Below, piece by piece: positions 19,940 to 30,523 of a stretch of DNA of 64,000 bases (position 1 is the stretch's first letter; each line of letters starts with the position of its first letter). The notes beneath the pieces were generated by a model. That model was given only the letters and a program-made list of their open reading frames with translations. It searched no databases and was not told the DNA's origin. The DNA lies in the IMG/VR virus record IMGVR_UViG_3300043446_004437, positions 62,001 to 126,000 of that record; one strand, 5' to 3'. The translations under genes were made by a program, and so were the position numbers.

Positions 19940-20704
19940 CCGCTCTTCTGAAGAAATTGCTGTTCATTCTGCAATTACTTCTCACTATAATACTTTGATA
20001 CCAGGATTCAAAGCTGAACACATTCGTATTAAAAATCCTTTGACTGGCAAAGATCCATTGTTTAATGTTAATGATCCACAGTTTTTTGAATTGTTTTATG
20101 AACTTTCTGAACTTGGTCTTAAGGACAAAATGATGAACGAAGTACAGCAGTTTGCTGAAACAATTGATCCAGCTTGGAATTCTGTTCACGCTGCTCTCCA
20201 AGGTTATTTTAAAGCTAAGGAAGTCAGCGATGATTCACCTCAAGACGCTGGTTAAGCGTAATTTAGAACTCGCTAAAGTTCGTCAGTCTGAAACTTTAAA
20301 TTCTGATGTATCTACCTTCCGATATTGGGAAGGCTATATTAATGCATTAGAATCTATAATTCATGTACTGCCACACGAAGAAGAAACATATGAACATCAA
20401 TAGTATTAAACCAGGTAGTTCAACTATTTTAATATTAAACTATCTCGGTATGCGGCAAAGAAGTAAAGAAAAATATACTACTGCTACTCAGATAGCAGAA
20501 TTTTTTTCACATAAGTTTCAGACTAGAACTAAAAAAACTTCTGATGTAGTAACCTGTTTAAACAGATTGGTCAAAGCAGGATTCGTAGATATTCAAGTAG
20601 TAGATGATGTTCTGTCTTATTCTGTTACTACTCTTGGATTAGAAGTTCCATTTAAAGTTGCTTTTAGAATGAGACAGAACAACAAACTTGTTATTGAAGA
20701 TTAA
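19896..20704 (+). CDS. three coupled ORFs (19896-20255; 20230-20403; 20390-20704, winged-HTH-like)
   Basis: Overlapping starts and stops; the last has ATQIAEFF...VVTCLNRLVKAGFV. Confidence 0.65.
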
Positions 20705-20908
20705 CTATAGAATTCAGGTTTTGGTTTAGTTTCTAAACCAACATTTGATGAATCTACTATCTTCATGAGCGTTTTGTGAACTGCTGTTGCTATTCCAAAC
20801 GCTAGTGTAAGTGATATTGTTAATGTAATCATGCGTTAGATAGTATCATATTTATCACTAAATTGAATACAGTTTTGTTCAATATCTCTAAATTAGATAG
20901 GTCTTATC

Positions 20909-21995
20909 ATGGATGAAGAAACAATGCCTTGTGGTTATTACAAATGCGATGTTCATATGGTTCGTCCAGGAAAGTCTCAATGTTCTTATGTAGAAAGTCC
21001 ATTGTGCGGCATACTTAAAATGTCAAGCAAACAAAACAGATATAATCGTTTAAAGTCTTTATTTCAGAGTACTAAAGAAGATCTTAACCATTTAAAAGAT
21101 CAGCTTGAAGAAGCGGATTTTTGTATTGATTATTTGCAGGGCAAAGTTCTTGATCGTGATGCTAAGATTGAGCGTTTAGAAGGTTTAGTTTTACATTTAT
21201 TGTATTGCCCGAAACAAGCATGTTCTTTTTGTACACAGATAGAAAAAGAGTTTCGCAATGAGCGATAAATTACCAATTGAATGTCATAAAGGTTGGCACA
21301 AAATAATTGAAGAGTGTCATCAAGAACTTTTACAGATTGATCCTGATTACAAACCTATTCAGATAAAAGAAAAGTTTGGAACACTTCGTTATTATTTTGA
21401 CGCATCAATAAAAGATCTTGACGTAGTCCATCAAATGTATGAAATCGTTTTATCATATGAAGAAGCTTCTGCTGTTACTTGTGAAGAATGTGGTAACTAT
21501 GGAACTTTAACTAAAATTCATGGTTGGTATAAAACTTTATGCGTAGATCATCAGGGAACTCATAATGACTAATCATACTATTGATGATATTATAAGAGTT
21601 CTTAAAACAGAATCAGATAAAGCGGCAGAGCATAAAAAATCTGCAGAAGCTGACGGTACCAGCGATTACGATTACTGGGAAGGTTATCTTACAGCTATAG
21701 ATTTAGCAATTGATCTACTGCATTATGATTTGATTCTCTGAACAAAAGGAACTTTATGCCGTATCTTAAAAATTCAGATCGTATAGAACTTGAAGATCGT
21801 CGTCCTCAAACATCTGGTGAATTAAACTATACTATCACTAATTTACTTATTGATTATATTGACTCAAAAGGAACAAGTTACGATGTTATTAATTCTATTA
21901 TTGGTGTATTAGAATGCGCCAAATTAGAATTTTATCGTAGACTTGCTGCACCATATGAAGATACAAAAATAGCGGAAAACGGTGACGTTTATTAA
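20909..21995 (+). CDS. small hypothetical ORFs (20909-21268, 21258-21572, about 21565-21741, 21756-21995)
   Basis: Dense packing; QIKEKFGTLRYY and PYED.K..ENGDVY recall widespread phage families. Confidence 0.7.
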
Positions 21996-21998
21996 TAA

Positions 21999-22071
21999 GG
22001 GCCGTTAGCTCAGCGGTTAGAGCAGGGCACTCATAATGCCTTGGCCGTAGGTTCGATCCCTACACGGCCCA
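21999..22071 (+). tRNA. tRNA-Ile2 or Met (CAT)
   Basis: GGGCCGT/ACGGCCC acceptor, loop CTCATAA; identity ambiguous. Confidence 0.9.
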
Positions 22072-22073
22072 CT

Positions 22074-22987
22074 ATGACAAAAAAAACTAAGAAACAAAAA
22101 GAAAAACCTATTGTTGATAGTGTCTATGCATTAGAAACACTTGTTACAAGTTTTGTTCCATCAGCCGATTTTGATTATGACAATGAAGGTCAGATTATTA
22201 TCTATACAAATCTTTATACAGATGATGATGGGAACTTGCTCCAAAAGGTATCTTTATGAACAAAAAGATTGGCGCAATCACTGATCATCCATCTATAATT
22301 TGTTTAGAATGTTATAATGATGGACGCCTTCAACATTACGAAAAGCATAATGTAGTTTGGGCTTATTCTGATGGATATCCGGACGGATATACTTGTGATG
22401 ATTGCGGAGATGTCTACAACAAACAAGGAAAGATTGTAACACAATAGTAAACAAGCGTATTGAACATTTTATTCGTTAAAGGAAACAGTGTGGTAGATAA
22501 TACTCAATCTAAGCCGTTTGTATTTATGCAGTTTGCTCCAGAAGGAGAATGCTCATACTGTGATCGCGAACGAGCGCAAGGAAACAAATGGTTTCCACCA
22601 CATACTGCTAGACCAAATTGCCAAAGTGGTCAATACAACCACTGCACTTGCGACACCTGCTATTAAGGATTAATTATGACTCTTACATGTCCATGCAAAT
22701 ATAGTTTTTTAAACTGGCATTTTCCAGTTTGCGATCCACATGAAGACGACGAAGATTAGGAATACAATATGATTACATTACCTAAAAATCCTTTGAACAG
22801 TTACGGCACACAACCAGCTGTAACCAATTTAAAAATTGGTGACGTTTTGTATATTGGCGATCAGTACACACTTGAAGAAATGACAGTAACAGGTTTTAAA
22901 TCAGACGGAAATAATTTTATTATTTACACTGATAAAGAAACTTTATCTGCCACTAACATAACTAGAGTTAATAAAAAAGGTTTTTAA
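22074..22987 (+). CDS. four small hypothetical ORFs (22074-22259, 22256-22447, 22526-22666, 22769-22987), two Cys-rich
   Basis: ORF track plus manual start choice. Confidence 0.6.
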
Positions 22988-23077
22988 AAATGTCGTTGGC
23001 TAAATTTAGAAAAGTTTCTAAAGGACCCAAAAAACCGGAACCTAAACCAGAACCTGAACAGCCAAAGGAGAAGTAAT

Positions 23078-23533
23078 ATGGGCATGGATGTTTATGGTAA
23101 AAAACCTAAAAACGAAAAAGGCGAATACTTTCGCAACAATGTTTGGTATTGGCATCCACTTTGGGATTACTGTTTAACTCAACACCCAGACCCTGCTGCC
23201 AAAGTAGAGCATGGTCATTCCAATAGTGGTGATGGTTTAAACTCTCAAGATGCCACTAAACTTGGCAAGCTTCTTAAACAGGATTTACTTTCCGGCAAAG
23301 TTGATTCCTATGAGCAATCATACAAAAAAGAACTAGACGCACTACCAATGCAAGAATGCACAATTTGTAATTCTACTGGCATACGCAACGATCAACATGT
23401 TCAAGGCACTTGTAACGCTTGCAAAGGCAAAGGTAAAGTAGAACATTTTGGCAAACACTATCCTTTTGTTAAACAAAATGTTGAAGAGTTTTCTGAATTT
23501 TTAATTAACTCTGGTGGTTTTGAAATTTGCTAA
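23078..23533 (+). CDS. conserved phage protein with DnaJ-like CxxCxGxG zinc finger
   Basis: CTICNSTG...CNACKGKG; AAGGAG RBS. Confidence 0.8.
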   Translation: MGMDVYGKKPKNEKGEYFRNNVWYWHPLWDYCLTQHPDPAAKVEHGHSNSGDGLNSQDATKLGKLLKQDLLSGKVDSYEQSYKKELDALPMQECTICNSTGIRNDQHVQGTCNACKGKGKVEHFGKHYPFVKQNVEEFSEFLINSGGFEIC

Positions 23534-23539
23534 ACCATC

Positions 23540-23611
23540 GCCCAGTTAGCACAGTGGTAGTGCATCCGCCTTGTAAGCGGAAGGTCCTCAGTTCAATCCT
23601 GAGACTGGGCT
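23540..23611 (+). tRNA. trnT: tRNA-Thr(TGT)
   Basis: GCCCAGT/ACTGGGC acceptor, loop CTTGTAA. Confidence 0.95.
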
Positions 23612-23613
23612 CT

Positions 23614-23805
23614 AAGACAGCAACGTGATACACTTAACCTAGTGTGTGGAACGCAAGAATGATGTAATAAACACGTGGGACCCATATTCTCCTGGCATCA
23701 TTGCTGTCTTTTAATTTCATGATAGTAGCGCATTAAACTGTTGGTAATGGTAGAATATAAATGCGTACTACGGCTTCCCGTTGTAGAACTCTATCACTAC
23801 TATCA
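23614..23805 (+). ncRNA. two tandem structured elements (23614-23710, 23720-23805)
   Basis: Perfect closing stems aagacagcaa/ttgctgtctt and tgatagtag/ctactatca, each with internal hairpins. Confidence 0.45.
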
Positions 23806-23863
23806 CCTTTTAAAGAAAGAATAATTAAATGTTAACTAACCGAATAGGCAACATATAAGACAC

Positions 23864-23939
23864 AGGGCGGTATACCCTCACTCTTATAAAGTGTTGAAAG
23901 GTTAGTTGGTCCACGTGGGTTCAATCCCCACCCGCCCTA
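23864..23939 (+). tRNA. atypical D-armless tRNA-Ile(TAT)-like gene
   Basis: AGGGCGG/CCGCCCT acceptor, GTGGG-TTCAATC-CCCAC T-arm, CACT-CTTATAA-AGTG anticodon arm, no D-arm. Confidence 0.7.
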
Positions 23940-23954
23940 CTAAAGAGGCACTCA

Positions 23955-24281
23955 ATGTTCATTCAACGCAAGCCTTGGATGCAGGAAGCATCATGTGTTG
24001 AGCAAAGTTTAGATATATTTTTCCCCAACAGATATACAGAAAACACCGTTTCTAAACCATTTTCTGTATGTGAACAGTGTTCTGTTAGATGCGAATGTTT
24101 ATACGAAGCTATGACAACTGAATCTGTTGGCATATGGGCGAAAACAACAGACTATCAAAGATCAGTTATCATGTCTAGATTTTTTAATGATAACCCAAAA
24201 AATATTAACATTGACACAATATTCCAGATCGTTGAAAACAATAATTATTCTATACCAATTTCATTAAAATACGATCAATAA
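23955..24281 (+). CDS. whiB: WhiB-family protein #3
   Basis: WMQEASC...FFP...C..C.V..EC and GIWA. Confidence 0.9.
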   Translation: MFIQRKPWMQEASCVEQSLDIFFPNRYTENTVSKPFSVCEQCSVRCECLYEAMTTESVGIWAKTTDYQRSVIMSRFFNDNPKNINIDTIFQIVENNNYSIPISLKYDQ

Positions 24282-24327
24282 TAAAAATTCTAAAAAAGGC
24301 CCTATCATAACATAGAGTAGGTTGATT

Positions 24328-25083
24328 ATGACAAACGAAGCTTTTAATAACGACGACGATCTGTTTTCTTATGATCCAGACCAAACCAAACACATTCAAT
24401 CAAACGATTTTTATTCTAGCGCCTCAGACAACACCACATCTGGAGTATTTGATGATATATCTAAACGGATTGATGACACAAAAGATGACGATATTTTAGG
24501 ATCGTTTAGTTTAAAGATTAGATTTGCAGAATCTTTACTCGATACTTATAATAAATTTGTTCGTCCATCAAATGTCTTTTTCCACAAAGCTGTACATCAA
24601 ACATTAGACCAATTAACTAACGGTCGTTTTTCTATGTTTTATATGTATAATTTTTTGGAACAAAATATTATACGTAGACTTAATGTAAGTTATTTGTTTG
24701 AGAACGCTTTTCTCCAAAAAACAGAAGATGGCAGTTTAGAGATTTCTTCTGAATTCAAACAGTTTTTAGATCAAATAAAAATGGATTCAGACAACAATTT
24801 TGTTAATTGTTACATAAAAACTAATTTGCATATAAACAATCATGTTTTAAACAATGAACGTTCTATGTACGCTCAAATTGCAGAAAAATTAGATCTGCCA
24901 ATGCACCCAGTTATTGCAGATCCAAATCCACCCTTACAAGACTTGATACATACTCTTGCCACCAGCGTTAGTGACTACCATGACACAATGTACAAATCTA
25001 TGTTTGAATCATTGTCTGACGCACAATATACAGAAAAACTTTCTGAACTTTATTCCAATCCTGTTAGGATTACAAAAATATGA
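24328..25083 (+). CDS. acidic hypothetical protein
   Basis: About 250-aa ORF. Confidence 0.75.
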   Translation: MTNEAFNNDDDLFSYDPDQTKHIQSNDFYSSASDNTTSGVFDDISKRIDDTKDDDILGSFSLKIRFAESLLDTYNKFVRPSNVFFHKAVHQTLDQLTNGRFSMFYMYNFLEQNIIRRLNVSYLFENAFLQKTEDGSLEISSEFKQFLDQIKMDSDNNFVNCYIKTNLHINNHVLNNERSMYAQIAEKLDLPMHPVIADPNPPLQDLIHTLATSVSDYHDTMYKSMFESLSDAQYTEKLSELYSNPVRITKI

Positions 25084-25538
25084 TAGGTAAAAAATTTAAA
25101 AAAGTTACTGTGTCAGTTTTTTCTGCAGCTGCTGTTGCTGCGATAAACTACACTATATTCCATAGCAGTTTTGTGTTTATTATACTTGCAGTTTTAATAT
25201 CTCATGAACTTGGTCACTATATAACTGCAAGAATAAACAACGCTGATGCAGACTTGCCATACTTTGTGCCAATACCAATAGTATCTATTGGTGTTACCCG
25301 AATACGCAACATGAAACATTTGCCTTCACACATTGCAAAAAAAATTGTTGCATACGGTCCTATAACAGGATTCATAGCAGCTTTCTATCTTTTATTATTA
25401 TCTTTTATTTATACCTCACTACCAACTCTACCTTTACTTCTTGTTTGCGCATCTGAAATTATATTTAATTATTTTGGTTTTGATGGTACAAAATATCGTC
25501 AAATAAAAGAACAGGATACAGCTTTATGTACATTATAA
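25080..25538 (+). CDS. M50-like intramembrane zinc metalloprotease
   Basis: HELGH within a TM segment, AYGP motif, terminal FDG. Confidence 0.7.
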   Translation: MIGKKFKKVTVSVFSAAAVAAINYTIFHSSFVFIILAVLISHELGHYITARINNADADLPYFVPIPIVSIGVTRIRNMKHLPSHIAKKIVAYGPITGFIAAFYLLLLSFIYTSLPTLPLLLVCASEIIFNYFGFDGTKYRQIKEQDTALCTL

Positions 25539-26302
25539 TTGCACCTTTTGTATTTTTAGGTTTAGCTGCAAAGCTAATCAACAACAAAATAAATAAACAA
25601 AAACAAAATAATGAACTTTCGTTATTCAATAATATAATTTCCACATACACAAACAAAGTAGAGAAAGAGACAGATACTAGTGACACCGACAGAAAAAGAA
25701 TACGAAGATTCAATAAAACTAACATCTGAATCAATTAAATCATACTTAGATGATTGTTGTTTAGATGTTCAATTTAGCCCAAACGGAACATTATCTGCAA
25801 CCGAAACATATCTTATAAAATTAATTTCTAAAATTGCTATAGGTTCAGCTACCGTTTGGTGGTCACTTATTGAATTGAAACAATTCATAAAAAATCGTAA
25901 ATCCATTTAGGAGAAACAATGAGCTCAGAAGATTACAAAAAATTAGATAAAATAAAAAAGTTTAACTTTTCTTTTGACATGGCATCTAAAACTAAGTCTG
26001 AGCTTCAACAACAACGCGATACAGTAAAGGAAAGAATAGATAAGATCGTCAATCATTTTACAATCGATGACGTTCCTATTCTTTCCTACATACTGCATGT
26101 AACATCTTCTCGCGTAGAATTAAAAAAGCTTGCTAAAGCTATTGATAGGTTAGCTGATCTTGTAGAAATAAATACTTCTTTAAATAATAAACTTAAAGTT
26201 ATTGAAGCTGCGGAAACAGATCCAAATTGGTTTGCTCTTGCATTTGGTGATTTTGATCAAGAAATAGATTCAGATTTAGAAAAATTTTTTACCCAAGAAT
26301 AG
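25526..26302 (+). CDS. three small ORFs (25526-25729, 25680-25910, 25919-26302)
   Basis: ORF track, operon packing. Confidence 0.6.
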
Positions 26303-26320
26303 TTGAAGAAAGAGATTATC

Positions 26321-27973
26321 ATGGATAAAGTTTCATATTCTTTTGTTAAAGATCAAGACAATATTATCTTTAGATCAAAAGTAAAGTCATTTAATTTAGA
26401 CCATGTTACAGATAAAGATATTGCTTCGTTTTACACCGCATTTTCTGACTATTCTTATTTTGATACTGGTCTTTTGCCTTTAGATGGCACCGGTCTTTTA
26501 GGTGTACGCAAAGCCGGCAACCACACTCAAGTCATATATCAGTACAAACCAGGCATGTATTATGTTAACTGGGGTGCTTACGAGAAAGACTCAAATTACA
26601 CAAAATACTATTTTGCTCAACCATACAGAATTGTTATCATAGATTTTCTTGATAACAATCTTTTAGGTGCAAGAACATTTTATGCTGTCGAGCCAGCAAT
26701 ACATTCAAATGTTCAGCTGTATCATGTTAATCTACCAAACATCAATTGCCAAGGGTACCGCGGAAATGCTGTTGGTTGGATATGTTTATATCACAATGAA
26801 GATTGGTCTAAGTTACCTTTTAACGAAAGACTCAATAGAGCATTAGAGCGTTGTTCTGGCGTAGAAGTTTACAATGACGCCAACATGAGCGAAACAGATG
26901 GTCCTCGTTTTTATGAACAATCTGAAATGCCTGATTACACTTATAGCCCAACTTTATGGGAGAACAAATCAGCAGAAGAGGGTTGGGAATGGACATTAGA
27001 TCCATCTCATTGGATACCTGTTAAAGTAAGATCAATTGATTCCCAAACCGATCATTATGCAAACGGCATTCCTCTTACCCTTCTTACGGCAATAACTGGC
27101 AATTACAAAGCGTACTACACTGACACTTATTTGCCAAAACCAATTAACGCTATTACCAGACCTGATTTACAATTACCTAATTCTCAAGTTGTAAACTGGT
27201 TTGTGCAGTCTTACAATACTTCTTCAACAACATTTTCTGGTCTTGATCCTTATTCTCAAAGCCAAGCTCATAGAGAACATGCTGCAACTATACAGCAAAC
27301 TTTATTTGATAACGATGATGAAGAAGAAGACGAAGATTCAGAAAATGAATCAGATGAATTATACTGCCCAGTTGTTCATGAATTTGTTTCTTCTGATTCT
27401 TGTGGCGATAAAAGTTCAACCTATCAAGATGAAGAAGGAAACTGTTACGAAGTTTGTCAATCTTGCGTTTATCACAACGATTTGATTTATGCAAAAAATA
27501 CTATGAAGCTACATAGCTCTTCGGAAAATTTGCATTATCAAGAATGTGAAGAAGAATATTATTATCTTCCAGCTATTAATTCTCCGTACAAAATTTGTCC
27601 AAATTGTGACACTTTACACATATCATTGCTTAAAGATGCTGCAATATTTCCTATTTGGAAATACACCAACCAACCAGGCGATCATGCTTGCTCAACTTGT
27701 ATAGCATCTCATCCAGACAAATATACACAATGTTCAGAATGTTCAACTGATGTTCCTCACAATACTTCTAAATTCTTTAATGATACTTTACATTATGATG
27801 AAGATTATGAAAAAGTTACTTGCGAATCTTGTTTGAAATTAGCTGATAACACTATTCAAACAGAGTTTACTCAAAAAAATTTAGTTCCTCCTTCTGAATT
27901 AATTATAACGGCTATACAAGATTTAGTGAATAAAATTAATTCTACTCCAAACACTGCTGAAGAACCATTTTAA
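26321..27973 (+). CDS. prokaryotic E2 family D-like protein with acidic linker and Cys-rich C-terminus
   Basis: QPY.IV...LYHVNLPN.....G.ICL pattern as in PRTRC protein B / Prok-E2_D. Confidence 0.6.
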   Translation: MDKVSYSFVKDQDNIIFRSKVKSFNLDHVTDKDIASFYTAFSDYSYFDTGLLPLDGTGLLGVRKAGNHTQVIYQYKPGMYYVNWGAYEKDSNYTKYYFAQPYRIVIIDFLDNNLLGARTFYAVEPAIHSNVQLYHVNLPNINCQGYRGNAVGWICLYHNEDWSKLPFNERLNRALERCSGVEVYNDANMSETDGPRFYEQSEMPDYTYSPTLWENKSAEEGWEWTLDPSHWIPVKVRSIDSQTDHYANGIPLTLLTAITGNYKAYYTDTYLPKPINAITRPDLQLPNSQVVNWFVQSYNTSSTTFSGLDPYSQSQAHREHAATIQQTLFDNDDEEEDEDSENESDELYCPVVHEFVSSDSCGDKSSTYQDEEGNCYEVCQSCVYHNDLIYAKNTMKLHSSSENLHYQECEEEYYYLPAINSPYKICPNCDTLHISLLKDAAIFPIWKYTNQPGDHACSTCIASHPDKYTQCSECSTDVPHNTSKFFNDTLHYDEDYEKVTCESCLKLADNTIQTEFTQKNLVPPSELIITAIQDLVNKINSTPNTAEEPF

Positions 27974-28013
27974 TTAAAAATAACGGAATATTATTTTATT
28001 TAGGAGACCACCT

Positions 28014-29744
28014 ATGCAAGAAGAAGAAGTGCAGCCTCAAGTAACCCTTGATCAGCTTCAATATTTTTGGATGCCGTCAGGCGTTCCATGTTTTATTGCT
28101 GACAGGGATACAATTTGTGATATTGTTGAAGACATTGGCTTTAACATATATTATCTTTTGGCCAACAAAAAGACAGTGAAAACAATTCAGCAGCCTGCAA
28201 ATAACAACAAAGTTGGTTACACCACCACAACCCAGCCTGTGCAGGTTGCTACTTACAATTCTTCATTATTTAAGGTTGTGAATAATTTTGTTGGTAGGGT
28301 AATTAAACCATCTGATGATGAATTGCCAGCAGAGTTTTATGTTGCAGAAGAGTGTTGTGAATACAACATGCCTGAATTGCCTTACGTTCTTGTTGAAAAG
28401 ATGGATCAATTCTTTAGACTTGTTTATTCTCAGCACGGCACGGAGTCAATTGTTCTTCTTACTTACGATACAGAAAAACAGGGATCTGATGGTTGGGGTG
28501 TTTTAGTTCCTGATCAGGTAAATACTCCTGCTCACTGCAAATACGATGCGGACAGCATCGCTGCAATCAAACCAGAAAATGTTATGATTGTTGGTTCTGT
28601 TCATAGTCATCCAGAAATGTCTGCGTATGCTTCTGGTACCGACCACGCAGATCAAGCAGATTTTGATGGTCTTCACATCACCTATGGTTGGCAGAAGAGC
28701 GTCAACAATGGCGCCACTCAGTACCACATAGAACTTCAGATGTCTGGATCTTCTTATACCTTGAAACCTGAAGATGTTTTTGAGAATTTTTATATTCAAA
28801 AAGAACCTGATTCTGAAGTTGTAGAATGGTCTACTAAAGTAAAAAAAGCACACCCCCCTATAGCGGGGGGAGTCAGCACGTCGGCACCAGCGCAGGTTCC
28901 AGCGCCGTACAACCAGTCTCATCGGGCTCAACAACCGTATCAAAACTCGACGCAACATACGGCGGCTGGGGAGCCTACGATTGGTAAAAGACTTTTAACC
29001 AAACACTGGAACGACATGGTTGCCGATCTTGGTGACAATGCCATTGTTATTGTTGAAGCAGACCCCCAAATAGCTTATGCTTCAATATGTCCTGCTTGCG
29101 ATTACGATCTTGATACTCAAGATTTTAGAGCAGGATATTGTGCTTGTTGCGATGTTCCAGTTGTGTTAAACAGTCATAGTATTTTTCAAATAGCTTCGAT
29201 ATACAACAGATATTGTCTTGAGAGATCTTTAGATCCAACTCAAATGGTTCCATATTTGTATGGTGAAAACGAAAAGTTTGAACACTTTTTGATGAAACTA
29301 AATATTGAACAAGAAATACACGATATACACAAATATAATTATGGCATAGATGACGATGAAGATGTTCCATTAAGTTTAATAGAATCTTCTGATAATTATG
29401 ATTATTATCACAGTCTAAACGATAATGATTATGATGGAACAAAAACCATATGTTGCAATACACCTATGGAAAATTACATTAATAACTGTAATTGTCTTGT
29501 TCCAATTCTTTATGAAGATTTAAGTGCATTTGAATCGGCAGTTGAAACTATTGAGCTTTATGACACTAATTCTTCTTGTATATATTGCGCTCATTATTAT
29601 ACTCCTGCATGTCCTGCATATCGTTATTTATTAACTCAATATGTTACAAATAAATACGGTTTTGATCTTGAAACCCAAAGAAACGGCATAATACCGTGCA
29701 CTCATTATGAGTCAATGTATGCAGATACATTAGAAAAGGAATAA
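28014..29744 (+). CDS. JAB/MPN+ metallo-isopeptidase with Cys-rich C-terminal extension
   Basis: TESIVLL Glu and HSHPEMSAYASGTD (HxH-x7-S-x2-D). Confidence 0.9.
   Translation: MQEEEVQPQVTLDQLQYFWMPSGVPCFIADRDTICDIVEDIGFNIYYLLANKKTVKTIQQPANNNKVGYTTTTQPVQVATYNSSLFKVVNNFVGRVIKPSDDELPAEFYVAEECCEYNMPELPYVLVEKMDQFFRLVYSQHGTESIVLLTYDTEKQGSDGWGVLVPDQVNTPAHCKYDADSIAAIKPENVMIVGSVHSHPEMSAYASGTDHADQADFDGLHITYGWQKSVNNGATQYHIELQMSGSSYTLKPEDVFENFYIQKEPDSEVVEWSTKVKKAHPPIAGGVSTSAPAQVPAPYNQSHRAQQPYQNSTQHTAAGEPTIGKRLLTKHWNDMVADLGDNAIVIVEADPQIAYASICPACDYDLDTQDFRAGYCACCDVPVVLNSHSIFQIASIYNRYCLERSLDPTQMVPYLYGENEKFEHFLMKLNIEQEIHDIHKYNYGIDDDEDVPLSLIESSDNYDYYHSLNDNDYDGTKTICCNTPMENYINNCNCLVPILYEDLSAFESAVETIELYDTNSSCIYCAHYYTPACPAYRYLLTQYVTNKYGFDLETQRNGIIPCTHYESMYADTLEKE
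28841..28870 (+). promoter_or_regulatory. putative -1 programmed ribosomal frameshift signal
   Basis: A AAA AAA heptamer in frame, 5-nt spacer, CCCCCC-TATAGC-GGGGGG hairpin. Confidence 0.75.
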
Positions 29745-29746
29745 TT

Positions 29747-30505
29747 ATGAACCCTAAACGTTTTGTTGTTATAGGAGCTGGTGGCGTAGGCACATGGCTT
29801 ATTTCAGGTTTAGTAAGATTGCTTGAATGGAAAGCTCCAGGTTCAGGTTTGATAATTGTTGACGGCGACAATTATGAACAAAAGAACAAAGAGCGTCAAG
29901 AGTTTACAAAAATTGGCAATAAAGCTGTTGTTAAAGCTCATGAACTTACACCTAGTTTTCCAAAAACAACTATTATTCCTGTACCCAAATGGGTTGTAGG
30001 AGACGACTTTAAAGGAGTTACGACAGATGAAGATTCTCCAAAAATTAAAGCATCAGCTTTATTATCTGAAGGAGATGTGGTCTTTGCGGTTGTCGATAAT
30101 TTTGCTGCGCGCAAGATTATTTTTGATGCGGCGTCGCGGTTAGACAACATTGATGTATTTACTGGTGGCAACGACGATGCTTTATTTGGTTCAATATATC
30201 ATTATCAAAAAAGAGATGGCGTTGCTATAACAGAACATCCAGCAGTGTTTCACCCCGAATATGATAACGCACCAGACAAAAATCCTGGTGAATTATCATG
30301 TCAAGAAAGATCTGAAATAGAAGGTGGAACACAGTTACTTGCCACTAATATGGCAGTTGCTGCATTTATTCTTGGTAGAGTACAAAAGACAATTGTGCTA
30401 GACCAAAGCCCCGAAGAAACAGAGATATATTTTGATTTAGGTATCGGTAAATCCGAACCATATAACAGAATGGTATCTTATGTTTCAGAACCTGTTCAAG
30501 TATAA
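29747..30505 (+). CDS. ThiF/E1-like activating enzyme
   Basis: IGAGGVG, VDGD..E.KN..RQ, NKA, VDNFAAR, candidate catalytic Cys in ELSCQER. Confidence 0.92.
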   Translation: MNPKRFVVIGAGGVGTWLISGLVRLLEWKAPGSGLIIVDGDNYEQKNKERQEFTKIGNKAVVKAHELTPSFPKTTIIPVPKWVVGDDFKGVTTDEDSPKIKASALLSEGDVVFAVVDNFAARKIIFDAASRLDNIDVFTGGNDDALFGSIYHYQKRDGVAITEHPAVFHPEYDNAPDKNPGELSCQERSEIEGGTQLLATNMAVAAFILGRVQKTIVLDQSPEETEIYFDLGIGKSEPYNRMVSYVSEPVQV

Positions 30506-30523
30506 ATAAAATAAGGAGCAATC

